Source: Octopus sinensis
Lineage: Eukaryota
Length of the DNA stretch: 64,000 nucleotides
Assembly (NCBI RefSeq): GCF_006345805.1
Contig: NC_043000.1
Coordinates: forward strand, 150,226,001 to 150,290,000
Reading direction: 5' to 3'
A program made the position numbers and the translations under genes. Under the pieces are notes generated by a model. That model saw nothing but the letters and a program-made list of their open reading frames with translations, searched no databases and was not told the DNA's origin. Positions 61,421 through 64,000 of the stretch are shown one piece after another (the first letter of the stretch is position 1; every line of letters starts with the position of its first letter).

Positions 61421-62182
61421 TTTTGTATAAATTCGATTTTAATTAGTTTTAATTACCATATTATTGTTATTTTTAATTATCAAACCATCCTAAGATTTGT
61501 TTCCATTTTGTGTTTATCTTTACCAAAAAGGCAGCAACGAAAATGTTGAAAATTCCGTTACTAAATCCTTAAATCCTTAAAAATGTTTTAGCCCGAAGGC
61601 CGCGGCCTTGCTGGGGCACCACCGCTGAAAAATGAAGGAGCGATTAGTTTATATTTTGTTTTTTTCCTTTTTTGCAAATATTAGGATCCCGTTATAATCG
61701 CGTAAATATTTGTTGATTAGGAATGTGTGAGGTGAAAGGTCACTACATTTTTTTTTTTTTTTAAATTTACAACTTAATTGACATTAAGAAGTTAGGCAAC
61801 AGAGAAATAAAATTTACTCTGTTATTAAGTAATTTTACTTTAAAGTGAGTTTATTTACATTTAGAAAATTAACCTGGTTCACCCCTCATCGAAATTTCCT
61901 GTACTAAATACAAACTTCGAAGCTAGTTTGAAAAATGCAAAAACTTCTCAGGAAAAAAAAAAAACATTTAAAGACGTTAGATTGATTCAACGTCTTTCGT
62001 AAGTCATACACTATCCTGATACACAGAGTATTTAACTTTATGTACTATTAAATATATTAAAGATATAGAGTGATATAAATAGAAATGTAGGACATATTTC
62101 TACTTGTCAATTTCCAGGAGAGTGTGTGTGTTGTTTATTTATTTATTGTACGTTCTATGTTTACTTGTTGAAAACAATTGGT

Positions 62183-62605
62183 GGCGATCTTTCGTCTCTA
62201 GTAGACCTTTCCGTCGATTTCCGTAAAAAAATATATTTTTTTTTACATATGGGCTTGCGGGAACTTTTGAAGTAATATACATACATATACACATACACCG
62301 AGTAAAAAATTTCAGTTATCTCTCTCTTTCACACATTACTCTCTCTGTCTCTTCACACACACTAACAGAAGCACTTCACTTACACAACATACTGTCTGTC
62401 TCCCACACCCCATCAAACACACACACACATGTACATCAATGCTTGCCATGCACGGTAACTTCAAAAGAACTTCCCTCGTCATACAATCGCTTTCTCTTAG
62501 TCTCTTTCGCTCTCATTACTTCTAAAGTTCCCGCAAGCCCATATGTAAAAAAAAAAAAAATTTACGAAAATCGACGGAAAGGTCTACTAGAGACGAAAGA
62601 TTGCC
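62183..62605. repeat. Long inverted repeat (arms of about 83 bp, CA/CT-rich spacer of about 255 bp), MITE-like
   Basis: 62183-62267 is the reverse complement of 62524-62605 except in a poly-A/T tract. Confidence 0.85.
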
Positions 62606-62902
62606 CATTTGGTAGCATTTGATAAGTTCCTATCAATAAAAAAAATACTTAGCGGACGTCCGACTTTGGAAACACCAAGTTGATATTTCTCCGTTTTGAC
62701 GGGGATTTTTCGGATTTTTTTTTTTATCACGGCACCCTTGGAAATGTTCTGGATTATCTTTTTAGCAAAAAGAAATTTGCAAAAAAATGATGCCACCTCC
62801 TTTCCCTTTCCGGACCGATTTTGGGGGCACAACGCAATTAAAAACTATAGAAGCCTTTCCAGTTAAAAAAAAAGGTAATTATTTCCGACGAAAAGGTGTG
62901 AT

Positions 62903-63100
62903 TTAAAGGAGATTTGGCTGTTGTTTCTAGCATATCCCAGTTTAGGGTTGATAAAAATCATGAATTTTCAAAAAAATTGTTTTTATAGCATGAAAAAGTT
63001 TATGATATGAATGGGGAGAAAATACTGAAAGACATCAATACTTGTCAGAGTAAGAAACAAGGAAGGTGGTCATAGAAACAACAGCCAAATCTTCCTTTAA
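62903..63100. mobile_element. MITE with TTAAAGG...CCTTTAA ends (Kolobok-like)
   Basis: TTAAAGGAGATTTGGCTGTTGTTTCTA versus TAGAAACAACAGCCAAATCTTCCTTTAA. Confidence 0.7.
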
Positions 63101-64000
63101 TCCCACCTGTTCGTCTGAAAGTATTTACTTTTCGGATCTTTTCGGTTTTTAAAATAATTTCCACGTAACTAAACGCTTTTAAACTTCGTATACTGGTAGA
63201 ATGTGCTTATAAAACATCTTTTTCTTTTGGCTATATTGAGAAAATTCTATAGTTTGTAAAATATTTGTTGTTGTTTTTTTCTTCAAATCCTGCAATTTCA
63301 ACCAATCAATGACGTCTATTGAGGTGAAAACATTCTGTTTAAGAAACAGATTGAGTTTATTTACATTTCTGAAGAAAAAAGATACCCTTCTCTCCACCTC
63401 TAACCCTAAAACAGATTGAAATGCAATAGATCGATACTAGGGTCATAATTATGGGTGACAATTTCATATGACACCGCTAGAAAAAACTGCTGTTCAAACC
63501 GAACAGATCCTACTTTTTTTTTACCGAAAAGATTTCTAAAGCTTTTAAGTGCGTAGTGACCCCCCAAAAATCATCGTACATAGTGCCCACAAAATCAACC
63601 AAAATCAGTGGAGGGCATCATTTTTTACAAACTTTTTTCTTTGGTTAAAAAGATAATCTAGAGCATTTCCAAGAGCACTGTGAAAAAAAAATCTGAAAAA
63701 TCCTCATCGAAACAACCTCCAACTTGCTGGTGCTTCCTAAGTTCGACGTCTGTCAAATATTTGTTTATATATTACAATTTGTAAATGTTATCAAATTTAT
63801 TTGGTTCTTGCAATAAGATATACTATTTACTTATACAGAAAGAGTGGCTTAGTATTCTGGTTGGACCATTACAAGTTTAGATGTGAATGGCTTTGTGAAG
63901 AAATCAGGTAATATGAGGTCTGGTTGAATGTGGTCATGTCTATGGATCCCAAGAACTTCACTTCTGGACATTAGAGAGAGAGGAATGAAGTTATTATAAA

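Overview
AT-rich, repeat-dense animal genomic DNA. The SINE, RTE-LINE and MITE repertoire looks like octopus (coleoid cephalopod); this is inferred from recognition, not verified. One protein-coding gene is present: a complete 12-exon VPS4 (ESCRT-III AAA+ ATPase, 454 aa) on the minus strand, from the ATG at 60646 to the TAG at 22420. I reconstructed it by hand; all 11 introns are GT-AG and the phases are consistent. The rest is intergenic or intronic DNA filled with a dead RTE-clade LINE (longest copy 11608-14282) and about 30 of its 3' tails, CR1-type LINE ends, four tRNA-headed SINE families, several MITEs and Penelope-like remnants. The most striking item is a minimal type-I hammerhead ribozyme with an intact catalytic core at 790-873 (minus strand), inside a Penelope-style inverted repeat. 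Other notable items: a PHD-type zinc finger inserted in the LINE reverse transcriptase, a variable hairpin-repeat array in the LINE 3' UTR (CRISPR-like in appearance only), a SINE-derived ABAB tandem array, paired minisatellite-bearing repeats flanking VPS4 exon 5, and frame-compatible alternative splice sites in the VPS4 linker. No CRISPR, rRNA or genuine tRNA genes were found. Repeat boundaries are approximate unless a target-site duplication (TSD) or terminal inverted repeat (TIR) is quoted.
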